A program made the position numbers and the translations under genes. 64,000 nt of DNA from Ascoidea asiatica JCM 7603 (Eukaryota; Fungi; Ascomycota), in contig BCKQ01000007.1 of the NCBI GenBank assembly GCA_001600695.1, positions 574,788-638,787 of the forward strand. Direction: 5' to 3'. Of the stretch, positions 24,576 to 34,725 are shown piece after piece. Below the pieces are notes generated by a model, which was not told the origin of the DNA, made no database searches, and saw only the letters and a list, made by a program, of their open reading frames with translations. Within the stretch, counting starts at the first letter, position 1; every line of letters begins with the position of its first letter.

Positions 24576-24824
24576 TCCCCAACGCCGGCCGGTTTCCTTG
24601 CGCTTTCCCTGCGCCCCGCCAGAAACGCAGACGAAAAGGAGAAAAAGCCTGGCGCCATCCGGTAAAAGCAACACCAGCCACAGTCACAGGTGGTGACGCA
24701 ATGTCACCTGATATAAAAGCGTGACCAAATAAATGCATTATGCATTATAAAGCTACTGGACTTACATTTTGCTTGCTCAAAACATAATACCCCATAACTG
24801 TACATGTATTCCTAATTGGTAAAA

Positions 24825-27800
24825 CTAGCCTCTTTCATGGCTGAAGAACTCTACTGTCTCCTGCACCGCCACGTTTTCGTCTGATTCACAAGTAAACTGC
24901 ATCTGTCCCGAGAAATTGGTCTCATTTTTGGCTCTATTTTTTTTCATATATTCAGATCCTAATTCTAAAGTAATTTTGGATTTTAAGGCATTTTCATTAT
25001 TTATAATTCTTTCTTTAATCCAATTTGATAATTTATTTTGAATTTTAATACTTTTGAATCTTTTATCAATTAAATAAATCATTGAATAATCATTTTTATG
25101 TCTAATTGATCTACCGATACTTTGATTAATTGCTCTCATACAAATATTTTCATAAAATTCAATACTCTTAATTTTACTATCTTTTAAACTACCTCCATTT
25201 TCAATAATTTTATTTTCAATAAATTTTCTTCTATTTATAATATCACCTGAAAATAAAGTTGGATATGGTAATCCAATCATAATTATTCCTCGACATAATT
25301 TATCATCAAAATTAATACCTTCTGATAATTTTCCTCCAACAACTGAAAATAAAATACCTCCACTTTTTACATTCTTATTTTCATTAGAGCTTAAATTAAT
25401 ATGATTTGAATAGTTATTGATAACTTCATTAATATTATCTTTATTTAAATCATCAACGAAAATCTTTTTAATATTATCAATTTTTTTCCATATACTATGC
25501 TTATTATTATTACCATTAATATCATATATCATTTTTTCCCAATTATTCATTAAGAATTTTAAATATTTATAACTTGGTAAAAAACAAATAACACCATCAG
25601 GTATATTTGAAATTAATCTGATTATAAAATTTCCTAAATTTTTAATCATTTTAATATTATTTCTACTACTAAAATTGAACTCATATTCAAAATTTCTTTT
25701 ATTATAATCAATTCCATTTCCAATTGATAAAACTTTTAAATTATCTTTATTTATAATATGACCACATTTAAAAAATTTAACTTCTTTTTCAAAATTTAAA
25801 TATGGTATTAAATTATTATAATAATCAATCATTGGCTCCATTGTACCTCCAATCAAAATAATTTTTTTACAATTATTAACTAATTTCTTAAAAATTTCAA
25901 TTGGTTCTAATAATTTATAATTTATCTCTAATTCTCCAAATTTATTATAATCAAAATAAATTTTACCTTCTTTTGAAGGATTATTTAAAATTTTTAAAAA
26001 TTTTATCAATTCAAATAATATTGGATATCCTTTTGATTTATTCCCTCCTTTACCTTCTTTACCTTCTTTTTCTTTATTTATATATTTTTCAATTTTGAAT
26101 GCAATTTTTGAATTTTTAAAAAAAAAATCTAATTTATTAAAATTTAATAAATCAAAATTATTATCTTTGAATATATCAATTAATCTAATCTCATAACCAA
26201 TTTTAATTTTATTTTTTTCTTGAATTTGAATTTTATCAATATAATTTAATAAAATTTTAATAAATTTGATTAAATTTATTAAGTTAATTCTATTAAAACT
26301 GTTAAATTTTTTAAGAAATTTTTTGAAATAATTTTTTAAATTTTTTAAAATTAAATTCAAATTTAATATACTTAATTTAATAGAGTTTATATTTAAAATT
26401 GTATCAATTAAATTATGAGCTTCATCAATTATAATTATTGAATTTTTAAATTTATTTAAATTACTTGTATTATCATTATAATTAAAAATTTCATCTAGAA
26501 ATAATAATTGATATGGTAATGATTGAATTTCACTTATTGAATTAATTTTTTCATTTTTAATTGAATAATATGGACATAATTTTAATTCATTTCCAATTTC
26601 TTTAATTTCTTCAATATCATGAATATTACTATAAATTAAATCTCTATAATTATGCAATTCATCAATTCCATCATTGCCATTGTCATTAAGCATAGCTGTT
26701 TTATAATTTTCATAATAAACACAATTGTTTTTAATTTTAGTTTTATTATCATTATTTTTAACTTCACCACTTATTAAATCAGAACATGCATCATTAATCA
26801 TATTTAAATCTTTGAATTTATTAACTTTTTCATTTACACATAAAAATTTCCTTGAACTTAATGGTAAATATTTAATTTTTTCAATATATTCAATTTCTTT
26901 TTCATTATGATTATAAATTGTTTTGAAGCTATTATTAACAATATTTAATTGTTTTGAGAATTGATTTAATTGAGAATGAGTTCTTGAAGCAAAAAAAATT
27001 TGAGTCTTATTATTATAATTTAATAAATTTTCAATTGAATTTTTAGAATTTTCAATGACTTTATTAGAACTTTTATTTGATAATTTATTTAACAAAGTAT
27101 TAATTTCATTTGATAATAACTTATTTTTATTATTTAAATCATTTTCATTGATAATTTTATTATCATTATTATCATAATTACTATCAATATTACTATCATT
27201 ATTATTATTTGAGGGGAGATACTCGTCATCATTGTTATCTTCTTGTTCTATTGAAATATCTAATTTTTTTAACTTTCTTTTTTTATAATTGTTATTAGTA
27301 TTATAGTGATTATTAGAATGATCTAAGTTACTGATTTTTTGTAAAATCTGATTAGTTTCACTCAATTGATTCAAATAAATTTCATAATCTTTTAATATTT
27401 TAAATTTATCTAAAACTAAATTATTGAAATAATAATCTTTAATCCAATCCGGTTCATCATCGTCATCAATAGCATTTTTCTTGCTGTTGCATTCATTACT
27501 CGTTTCATTATTGTTTTGATTATTATTTAATAAAATATTCAATTTATAATTTCTTAACCATGTTAAAGTTGAACAAATCAAAGACAATGTCTTTCCAGTA
27601 CCTGTTGGACTTTCAAAGATTCCAATTTTATAATCATTTGTCAATAAATTAGTTATTGAATCCATTAAATTCAACTGGATCTCATATGGTTTATATGGAT
27701 GATTATAAGTTTCTCTTTTGATTTCTGACTGATTCACATTTTGTAATTGAGCTTGAGTTTGAGATTCTGGTTTTGGTTTTGGTCTTTTACTTGGAAATTT

Positions 27801-27860
27801 TAATTCCCTGGAATTGTTACCATGAATAATAGCATTGTCTGAAATATTGCCTGAAGTCAT
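24825..27860 (-). CDS. CHL1: Chl1/DDX11 Fe-S DEAH DNA helicase
   Basis: HPYKPYEIQ, ESPTGTGKTLSLIC, SRTHSQLNQF, Fe-S cysteines (LCVN, DAC, CVYY, CPYY), IIDEAHNL, GGTMEP, GGKLSEGINF, NQSIGRSIRHKNDY. Confidence 0.96.
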   Translation of the reverse strand: MTSGNISDNAIIHGNNSRELKFPSKRPKPKPESQTQAQLQNVNQSEIKRETYNHPYKPYEIQLNLMDSITNLLTNDYKIGIFESPTGTGKTLSLICSTLTWLRNYKLNILLNNNQNNNETSNECNSKKNAIDDDDEPDWIKDYYFNNLVLDKFKILKDYEIYLNQLSETNQILQKISNLDHSNNHYNTNNNYKKRKLKKLDISIEQEDNNDDEYLPSNNNNDSNIDSNYDNNDNKIINENDLNNKNKLLSNEINTLLNKLSNKSSNKVIENSKNSIENLLNYNNKTQIFFASRTHSQLNQFSKQLNIVNNSFKTIYNHNEKEIEYIEKIKYLPLSSRKFLCVNEKVNKFKDLNMINDACSDLISGEVKNNDNKTKIKNNCVYYENYKTAMLNDNGNDGIDELHNYRDLIYSNIHDIEEIKEIGNELKLCPYYSIKNEKINSISEIQSLPYQLLFLDEIFNYNDNTSNLNKFKNSIIIIDEAHNLIDTILNINSIKLSILNLNLILKNLKNYFKKFLKKFNSFNRINLINLIKFIKILLNYIDKIQIQEKNKIKIGYEIRLIDIFKDNNFDLLNFNKLDFFFKNSKIAFKIEKYINKEKEGKEGKGGNKSKGYPILFELIKFLKILNNPSKEGKIYFDYNKFGELEINYKLLEPIEIFKKLVNNCKKIILIGGTMEPMIDYYNNLIPYLNFEKEVKFFKCGHIINKDNLKVLSIGNGIDYNKRNFEYEFNFSSRNNIKMIKNLGNFIIRLISNIPDGVICFLPSYKYLKFLMNNWEKMIYDINGNNNKHSIWKKIDNIKKIFVDDLNKDNINEVINNYSNHINLSSNENKNVKSGGILFSVVGGKLSEGINFDDKLCRGIIMIGLPYPTLFSGDIINRRKFIENKIIENGGSLKDSKIKSIEFYENICMRAINQSIGRSIRHKNDYSMIYLIDKRFKSIKIQNKLSNWIKERIINNENALKSKITLELGSEYMKKNRAKNETNFSGQMQFTCESDENVAVQETVEFFSHERG

Positions 27861-28021
27861 TTAACAATGTTCCTAGTAATGTATTGTTGAATCATTACAA
27901 ACTTATCTCTTCAGTCTCCAATTGCAATTCTTCTTTCTTTCTCCAGTTGTAAAAGAACCTTTCATTTAATACTTCTTTACTATCTCTATTATCTTTGTTG
28001 TATCTCTCTCTTTGCCACCAA

Positions 28022-28076
28022 ACGCGTGAACAATTTCTCAATTAAACTTTAAATCAATTTTTGAAATTTTACGCGT
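28022..28076. promoter_or_regulatory. Two MCB (ACGCGT) cell-cycle boxes upstream of CHL1
   Basis: ACGCGT at 28022-28027 and 28071-28076, 160-215 bp upstream of the ATG of an S-phase/cohesion gene. Confidence 0.7.
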
Positions 28077-29180
28077 TTTCAGTATGAGACCATTTCAGTG
28101 GATCTTTTATAGATCAGGTGACCGGTATTTTAGAGCCCTGTAATTTTTAAATCTAAACTTTTTTAGGGCTCTGGATTATTACTGGATTTGGACAACTTGT
28201 CCGAATGTGGCAATTTTCTTCTTTTAAATTCCACGCGCTCCCTGTCTTTTCATCCTCAAAGGCTATTTTTAAATGAATCTTCTGCTTTTTTACAACTTTT
28301 CATAACTTTTTACCACTTTTCTAAAGCTTTTCATCAGTTTTTATCATGTTTTTATCACTTTTTTACACAATTTGATTTAAAAATTATATAAAATTTATTT
28401 AAGATCATAATTTATTTTTTAACCTTTATCTAAAACTTATTTAAAATTCTAAAACATAAACAAAAGACACTTACCTTTATTCGTTTTCAATCATTTTTAA
28501 TCATTTCAGCTCATTTCAATTCAGCTTCATTCCATTCTATTCAACTTTCAATTAATTTTATTCACTTTCAAATAATCCTTTTTCAATGTTATTCACTTTT
28601 TAATGATCATTTCAATTCAATTTTACTCATTTCCAATATCAACTACTAATTAAAAGATGATTATTTCACTTCATCATCTTAAATCACTTAAATTCTTTTT
28701 TCAATAAAATAAAATAAATAACGTACATTTACATTTTAAAATTGTTCTCAGAGTTACTGACTGTTAAATAATTATTTTCTCTTATTTTTTTTTTATTTTT
28801 TTTTTTTTAATTTAATTTTAGTGTTCCTTTAAGGAAATATGATAGCCAGCTTTACTTTATTTTCCTGAATATTCAGATGATATTCTCTTAAGTTATGATA
28901 AAGTTACTCCATTTTCATTTCCATTTCCAATTCCATTTTAATTTCCTTTTCCATTTTCCACCTTCAATTTTAACTCTTAGTTCAATTTACAACTCGAATT
29001 CCATTAGAATTAGAAATTGGTACTAAATTTTGTTGTTATCCACCAAAAACTACTTTTTAGTAACGTTGCCTTTACTGTCACCTACCTACCTACGTACAAT
29101 AGTTTGTATTAATTTTATTGTACTATTGTTTTGTGATTGTTTGGTAATTGTATGGTATTTTTTACATCTCTGGACTTTGT

Positions 29181-29219
<39 letters not shown>

Positions 29220-29492
29220 TTATATAAATATAATTAAATACCCTTTATTTCTTTTATTTCAATTTTCTTTATTATTTATAATTTTATTCTTTCCTCCTTT
29301 CTTTTTCTATAAATATACCTTTAAATTATAATATTATACCCGTAGTTTATACAGTTTTAATAAAGTTTATATCATTATAAATATTATTACTTATTTACTT
29401 TCATATTCATATTCATATTTAAATTATTTATAATTCTAATAATTCTAATAGTTAATAATTAATAACTAATCACTAATCACTAATAATTAATA

Positions 29493-31499
29493 ATGACTAC
29501 ACCTGCTCCAAAACCAACTTCAACTTCAACTGAAGAAGTAAAAGCAACTGTAATGCCAAAAACTGAAACTATTTTACCAACAATAGCTGGTGAACCTGGT
29601 ATAGTTATACCTGCAAATGCTGATAAAATTGAAGCCTTTACAACTTTAGATCCAACTAAACCAAAAGATGATATTAAAGTTGATGATAAAACAGCTATTG
29701 TTAAACCAGTAGAAGAATCAAAACCAATTGTTGAAGAAGTTAAAGATACTAAAGAACCTATTGTTGTTGAAGCACCAAAAGAAACAAAAGTTGAAGAATC
29801 AAAAGACTCTAAAGTTGAAGAACCAAAAGAAACTAAAGTTGAAAAAAAATCAACTGTTGCTAAAACTGAAGAATCTCTTAAAAAAAAATTTACTCTGATT
29901 AAAAATAAAATTACAAAAGATAAAAAAGAAGTTAAAGAAACTAAAGAAGTTAAAGAAGAAAAAACTGAAACTCCATCTAAACCTGTTGTTGCTACCACTG
30001 CTGCTCCTGAACCAGTTCCAGAAGCTAAAGTTGAAGAAGTAAAGTCTGAAGAAGTTAAAGAAACTCCAAAAGTTGAAGAACCTGTTAAAGAAACAAAATC
30101 AACTCCAGTTGAAAAAGTTAAATTTTCTGAAAAAGCAAAGAAATTATCTAGTAAATTTAAATCTGAAGTTACTAAACATACTGAATCTAAAAAAGATGTT
30201 TCAAAAGTTTCTCCAAAAGTATCACCAAAAGTAACTAAAGAATCAAAAGAAGTTGAAACACCTGTTGAAGCTGAACCAGTTGTTCCTGTTGTTGAAACTG
30301 AAAAAAAAGTTGAAGAAAAAGTTGTTGAACCAAAAGTTGCTAAAAAAGGAGTATTTTCAAAATTTAAAGAAGAATTATTTGAATTATCTAAGAAAAAATC
30401 CCCAGAACCAAAACATGTTGAAAAGGTTGTTGAAACCCCAGTTGAAGCAGCTGTTGTAACTCCTGAAGTTGTTGAAGAAGTTGCTAAACCAACTGAAACT
30501 GTAGCTAAAGATGTTGAAGAACCAAAAAAAGAAGAAGCTAAACCAGAAGTTAAAACTGTTGATGCACCTGCACCTGCTCCAATAAGTAAAAGTGATAGAA
30601 GAAAATCTGTATTTGGTAAATTTAAAGAAGAAGTTTCAAAACATGTTCCAATTAAAAAAGAAAAAGTTGTTGAACATGCTAAAGTAGAAAAGAAAGAAGT
30701 TGAAACTAAAGTAGAAACTCCAGTTGAGGAACCAAAAGTTGAAGAAGCTGTTGAGAAACCTGCTGAAGAACCAGTAGTTGCTAAAGTTGAAGAAGAAACT
30801 AAAGCTGTTGAACTAGTTGAAGAAGCAAAAGTTGAAGAAGTCAAAGAGGTAAAACCAGTAAGTTCTAAAGTAGAAAGAAGAAAATCAGTTTTATCAAGAT
30901 ATTTACATAAAAAAACTTCATCTGTTGAAAAGAAACCAGTCAAAGTTGAAAAAAGTGTTGAAAGCAAAGAGCCTGTTGTTGAAGAAACAAAGTCAGAAGT
31001 TGTTGCTGAAGAACCTAAACCTGTTGAAGTAGAAGAAACTAAACCTGTTGAGGAAGTCAAATCTAAGGTTGTTGAGAAAAAAGTTGAAGCCAAATCTCCA
31101 ACAGAAGAAAAAAGAAAAAGTTTTTTTGGATCTTTAGATAAATTTAAACATGCCTTTGAAGAAAAAAAAGTTTTAAAGAAAGAAGAATCAAAACCTGTTA
31201 AAAAAGAAGAACCAAAGGTTGAGCCAAAAGTTGAAGAAGTTTCTAAGAAAGAAGAAGAACCAAAAACTGAAGTGCCAGTTGTTGCCAAAGTTGAAGAACC
31301 AGTTGTTTCAAAAACCGAAGAACCTGTTGCTGAACCAGCTACTGAGCCAGTTACAGAAACTGCAAAAGTTGAAGAAGTTAAATCAGAAGAACCAAAAAAA
31401 GAAGAAGTTAAAGAAGAAGAAGTTAAAGAAGAAAGTTCAACTGAAAAGAAAAGTAAAAGAAAAAGTTTCTTTGGTAAATTAAAAGAATTTGTTAATTAA
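29493..31499 (+). CDS. E/K/V/P-rich disordered protein, Crp1/Mdg1-like but lacking the N-terminal CBM48 domain
   Basis: 668-aa ORF with strong codon bias. AGEPGIVIPANADKIEAF and the KRKSFFGKLKEF C-terminus resemble Crp1/Mdg1 motifs as recalled. The CDS is solid; the family call is tentative. Confidence 0.75.
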   Translation: MTTPAPKPTSTSTEEVKATVMPKTETILPTIAGEPGIVIPANADKIEAFTTLDPTKPKDDIKVDDKTAIVKPVEESKPIVEEVKDTKEPIVVEAPKETKVEESKDSKVEEPKETKVEKKSTVAKTEESLKKKFTLIKNKITKDKKEVKETKEVKEEKTETPSKPVVATTAAPEPVPEAKVEEVKSEEVKETPKVEEPVKETKSTPVEKVKFSEKAKKLSSKFKSEVTKHTESKKDVSKVSPKVSPKVTKESKEVETPVEAEPVVPVVETEKKVEEKVVEPKVAKKGVFSKFKEELFELSKKKSPEPKHVEKVVETPVEAAVVTPEVVEEVAKPTETVAKDVEEPKKEEAKPEVKTVDAPAPAPISKSDRRKSVFGKFKEEVSKHVPIKKEKVVEHAKVEKKEVETKVETPVEEPKVEEAVEKPAEEPVVAKVEEETKAVELVEEAKVEEVKEVKPVSSKVERRKSVLSRYLHKKTSSVEKKPVKVEKSVESKEPVVEETKSEVVAEEPKPVEVEETKPVEEVKSKVVEKKVEAKSPTEEKRKSFFGSLDKFKHAFEEKKVLKKEESKPVKKEEPKVEPKVEEVSKKEEEPKTEVPVVAKVEEPVVSKTEEPVAEPATEPVTETAKVEEVKSEEPKKEEVKEEEVKEESSTEKKSKRKSFFGKLKEFVN

Positions 31500-33124
31500 A
31501 TTACTTATTAAATTCTTCTTTCTATGTTACTTTGTTTTATTTTGTTTGATCTGCTTTTTTTTACTTTACTTTTATTGAAGTAAAGTTATTTTATTAATTC
31601 TCCATGGATGTTTGGTCACTTTTGTTTAATTTTTCAGTTTTATAATCTAAATTTTAATTTTTAATTTTTTTGTTAATATTTTTGTTATTTTTGTTAACTT
31701 TATTTTGGTTTTTATTTATCTATTCAATAATTTGCTTTGCAATTGCTATCTTTTTTAAATAGCCCCTAATCTTAAATATAATAATTAAAACTTTGTTCTT
31801 TTTATGTTGAAAAGTAAACTTATTCTTTTTAGAGTAAGTTTATTTCTTCTAAAATTGTAATTAATTCATATTTCAATTACTTGATTTTAAGAGAAAATTG
31901 GTTTCATAATAATTGAAGAACTAAACTTCAGATAAAAAATCATATCTTTAGAGAATTATTCTCATAATTCTTATTGTATCTGAGAAGATTTTTCTACTTC
32001 TTTGACTCAGGTTGATGATTTTTCATTGAATCTTTTTCAAACTACTTTGATCAACTGAATGTAAAAAGCTATTGAAAAGGTTCAATTCAAGAAAGGCTGC
32101 AAAGCTTCGGAAGAGTGCCGAATATACTGAACACTGTCCAACCACCGATACAGAATTTAAAAGAGCAATTCTTAAGCAAGGCCTCAACTACTCCACCACA
32201 CGTGATAATCTGATTTTTTTGCTTAACTGCCACCCATAATCCAGTTTAAAGGGCTGAGTGACCTTGTTGGGCCGGTGATGCTGTGGCTGGTACATCTGGT
32301 CACGTGTTTGAGTGTTCAATTTTAAAACAAGGTTTGGGTTGATGCAGTTATTACTTTATTAAAAAGTAAAGTGCATACAAATCCACATACAAATCCAGTG
32401 GGCTGGTACCATTAATATATCACTGTGTAGTAATAAATTACTGATGTATTATTTAAGTATCCGATGTAGCCAATGTTGTATGTATACAATATATCCAGCA
32501 CAATACAATGCTTTTTATTTATTTCTTTTGATCCAATTGACTTTTGGAGCATTTTTTTTATTCTTTTTATAATTCTTCACTAATTTTATAGACTGTCTTT
32601 GTTCGGAGAAATACTACTTGTAGTAAAATATGTCTTCGAGTATTAAAAATTTTGATTAAATACTTTACTTTATTGCATTCTTTTCTACTCCAATAAGTTT
32701 GTTTGCATACATATTGAGGTATTTTATTCATTTAACCCCCATTTTTATCCATCAAAGTAATAAGTTAAAATATTTTATTTGAAGTGAATTACGAATTATC
32801 CAAATAATCATACTGGAATAATTGATCTTTTTTATTCTTAGGGAAACCTAAATTTGGCTTATTAATGTAACTTAACGTTCAGTAACTTGATTTTAATTAT
32901 GAGGTCCTTTGTTTATTTGCCTGTTATCCCTTGAATGTTGGTTATTATCAATTTTGATATGAATTAAAAGATATAACATTATATATAAATACACCATTTT
33001 AACTACAAAAATAAAATTAACATTGAAGATTTTCTTAATTACTTTTTCTCTTTATAATAAAATAAGTTTTTATATCAAAAAGTAAAATTATTTTTCATAT
33101 TTGATTATTTTATTTTTTTTCAAA

Positions 33125-33898
33125 ATGTTTAATTTATTTTCTTTAGAAGGTAAAACTGCTTTAATAACTGGCTCTGAAAGTGGAATTGGACAAGGTATTG
33201 CAATTGGGTTAGCACAATCTGGTGCTGATATTGTCATTGCTTATTTTTACAAACATTCACCAGATGAAACAATTAAATTAATAAATGAATCAACAAAAGA
33301 TAAACCAGTTAAAATTTATTCAATTCCTGTTGATTTATCTAAAAAAAAAGATGTTGCTGAATTAATTTCAAAAGTTTATGATTTAACAAATAATAATTTA
33401 GATATTTTAGTTAATAATGCAGGAATTGCAGATGATGAAACCGCTTTATTAAAATCAAATGATGAATGGGAAAGAGTTCAATATATTAATTTAACTGTAC
33501 CTTATTATCTTTCAAGAGATTTTGCTAAAAAACAAATAGAATTAGGTAAAAAAGGTAAAATTATTAATATTGCTTCAATTTTAGGATTTCGCTCAATTAA
33601 AAATACTGCTGCAAGTTATGCAACTGCAAAAGCTGGTTTACGTAATTTAACAAAAGCTTTAGCAAAAGAATGGTCAATTAAAGGTATTTATGTTAATGCA
33701 ATTGCTCCAGGTTGGGTTGTAACAAATATGACAAACTCTCTTGATACTTCTTCTAGAGGTTATCAAGCTGATAAAATTCCATTAGGTAGATTTGCTACTC
33801 CCAATGAACTCGCAGGTGCTGCTATTTATTTAGCTTCCGATGCTTCTAGTTATACAACAGGTATCACTTTACCAGTTGATGGTGGATACTTGACCTAA
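33125..33898 (+). CDS. Short-chain dehydrogenase/reductase, KduD (2-deoxy-D-gluconate 3-dehydrogenase)-like
   Basis: ATG at 33125 (MFNLFSLEGK; the track start is TTG). TGSESGIG, LDILVNNAG, YATAK, VNAIAPGW, VDGG. Confidence 0.9.
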   Translation: MFNLFSLEGKTALITGSESGIGQGIAIGLAQSGADIVIAYFYKHSPDETIKLINESTKDKPVKIYSIPVDLSKKKDVAELISKVYDLTNNNLDILVNNAGIADDETALLKSNDEWERVQYINLTVPYYLSRDFAKKQIELGKKGKIINIASILGFRSIKNTAASYATAKAGLRNLTKALAKEWSIKGIYVNAIAPGWVVTNMTNSLDTSSRGYQADKIPLGRFATPNELAGAAIYLASDASSYTTGITLPVDGGYLT

Positions 33899-34247
33899 TT
33901 ACATATGCTCTTCTTCTTTGTCTCAATACTTATTGTCGCTTTCATTTCTTTTCTTTTCATTTCTTTTTCTTTTTCTTTTTCTTTTTCTTTCGTCTCTTAC
34001 GAATATATTTATGATCTTCATTTCCATTTGTTATCCTTCACAAGTTGTAATTACAACAAACAATAAAAGTTACTTCAATATTTTCATATTTCTTTTCCTT
34101 GTTCGAACAATGCCCTAAAACTACAAAGTCACATGCACTATTTAGACTTACCCGGTCACCATATCCTTTTTTTACTATAAAAGCAGCCCAAATCCTTTTA
34201 ATTAATTTTAATATTTTTTTGTTTTTTCTCTTTTCTTGATTCATCAA

Positions 34248-34355
34248 TCAACCAGGAGATCAATATCTTAATCGAACATGGCTCTTGCCTTTTACCAGAG
34301 CCATCCGGGTATTGTCTTCACTTCAAATGGTTTACTTTTTTATTTTTGGCAATGT
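34248..34355 (+). ncRNA. SNR7: U5 spliceosomal snRNA
   Basis: Invariant loop 1 GCCTTTTAC (34287-34295) closed by ATGGCTCT/AGAGCCAT, followed by CCGGGT and an Sm site (ATTTTTGG); TATAAAA about 70 bp upstream. Ends approximate. Confidence 0.93.
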
Positions 34356-34725
34356 TATTTCTATACTTTTGTTTAGATCTTTTAAGTGATTAATCTGGTA
34401 ATTTGAAATTTCATTAATTTGTTATTTTACTGGTTTTTACATAAAAGTTTTATAAATGAAAGAATAAACTATAATTGCTGGTTAAGAATGGTTTGATAAT
34501 TGTGAATCAATTCGAACTATGATTGACTCTTGACTCTTTGACTTTAAAAAAGTGATGTTTAATTATTCGAATTTACAAGCTGTTTAGGGATTGTAGCCGA
34601 AAGTGTTAATATAAATTTATAATGTTCATAAAAATCATACAAAGGTTTTATTTATTTGTTATCATAATACATATACAAAAATATTATATTTTCAAAATTA
34701 ATAAAGGTTTAAATATAAATATTAA

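Noticed and set aside
24478-24738. 86-aa minus-strand ORF as a coding first exon of SKO1
   Set aside because: Its GTATGT donor is in phase 0, whereas the acceptor at 23690 needs phase 1. The sequence looks like a GC-rich promoter.
29480-31288. 602-aa antisense ORF (S/T/F-rich)
   Set aside because: Mirror of the codon-biased sense gene (GAA/AAA/GTT/CCA codons give few antisense stops). It starts at a non-ATG codon and has no independent features.
31812-31845. Short AT-rich inverted repeat and a nearby C/D-box-like pair (~32013-32058)
   Set aside because: Such hairpins are expected at this AT content. The C-to-D distance is too short and I found no rRNA guide.
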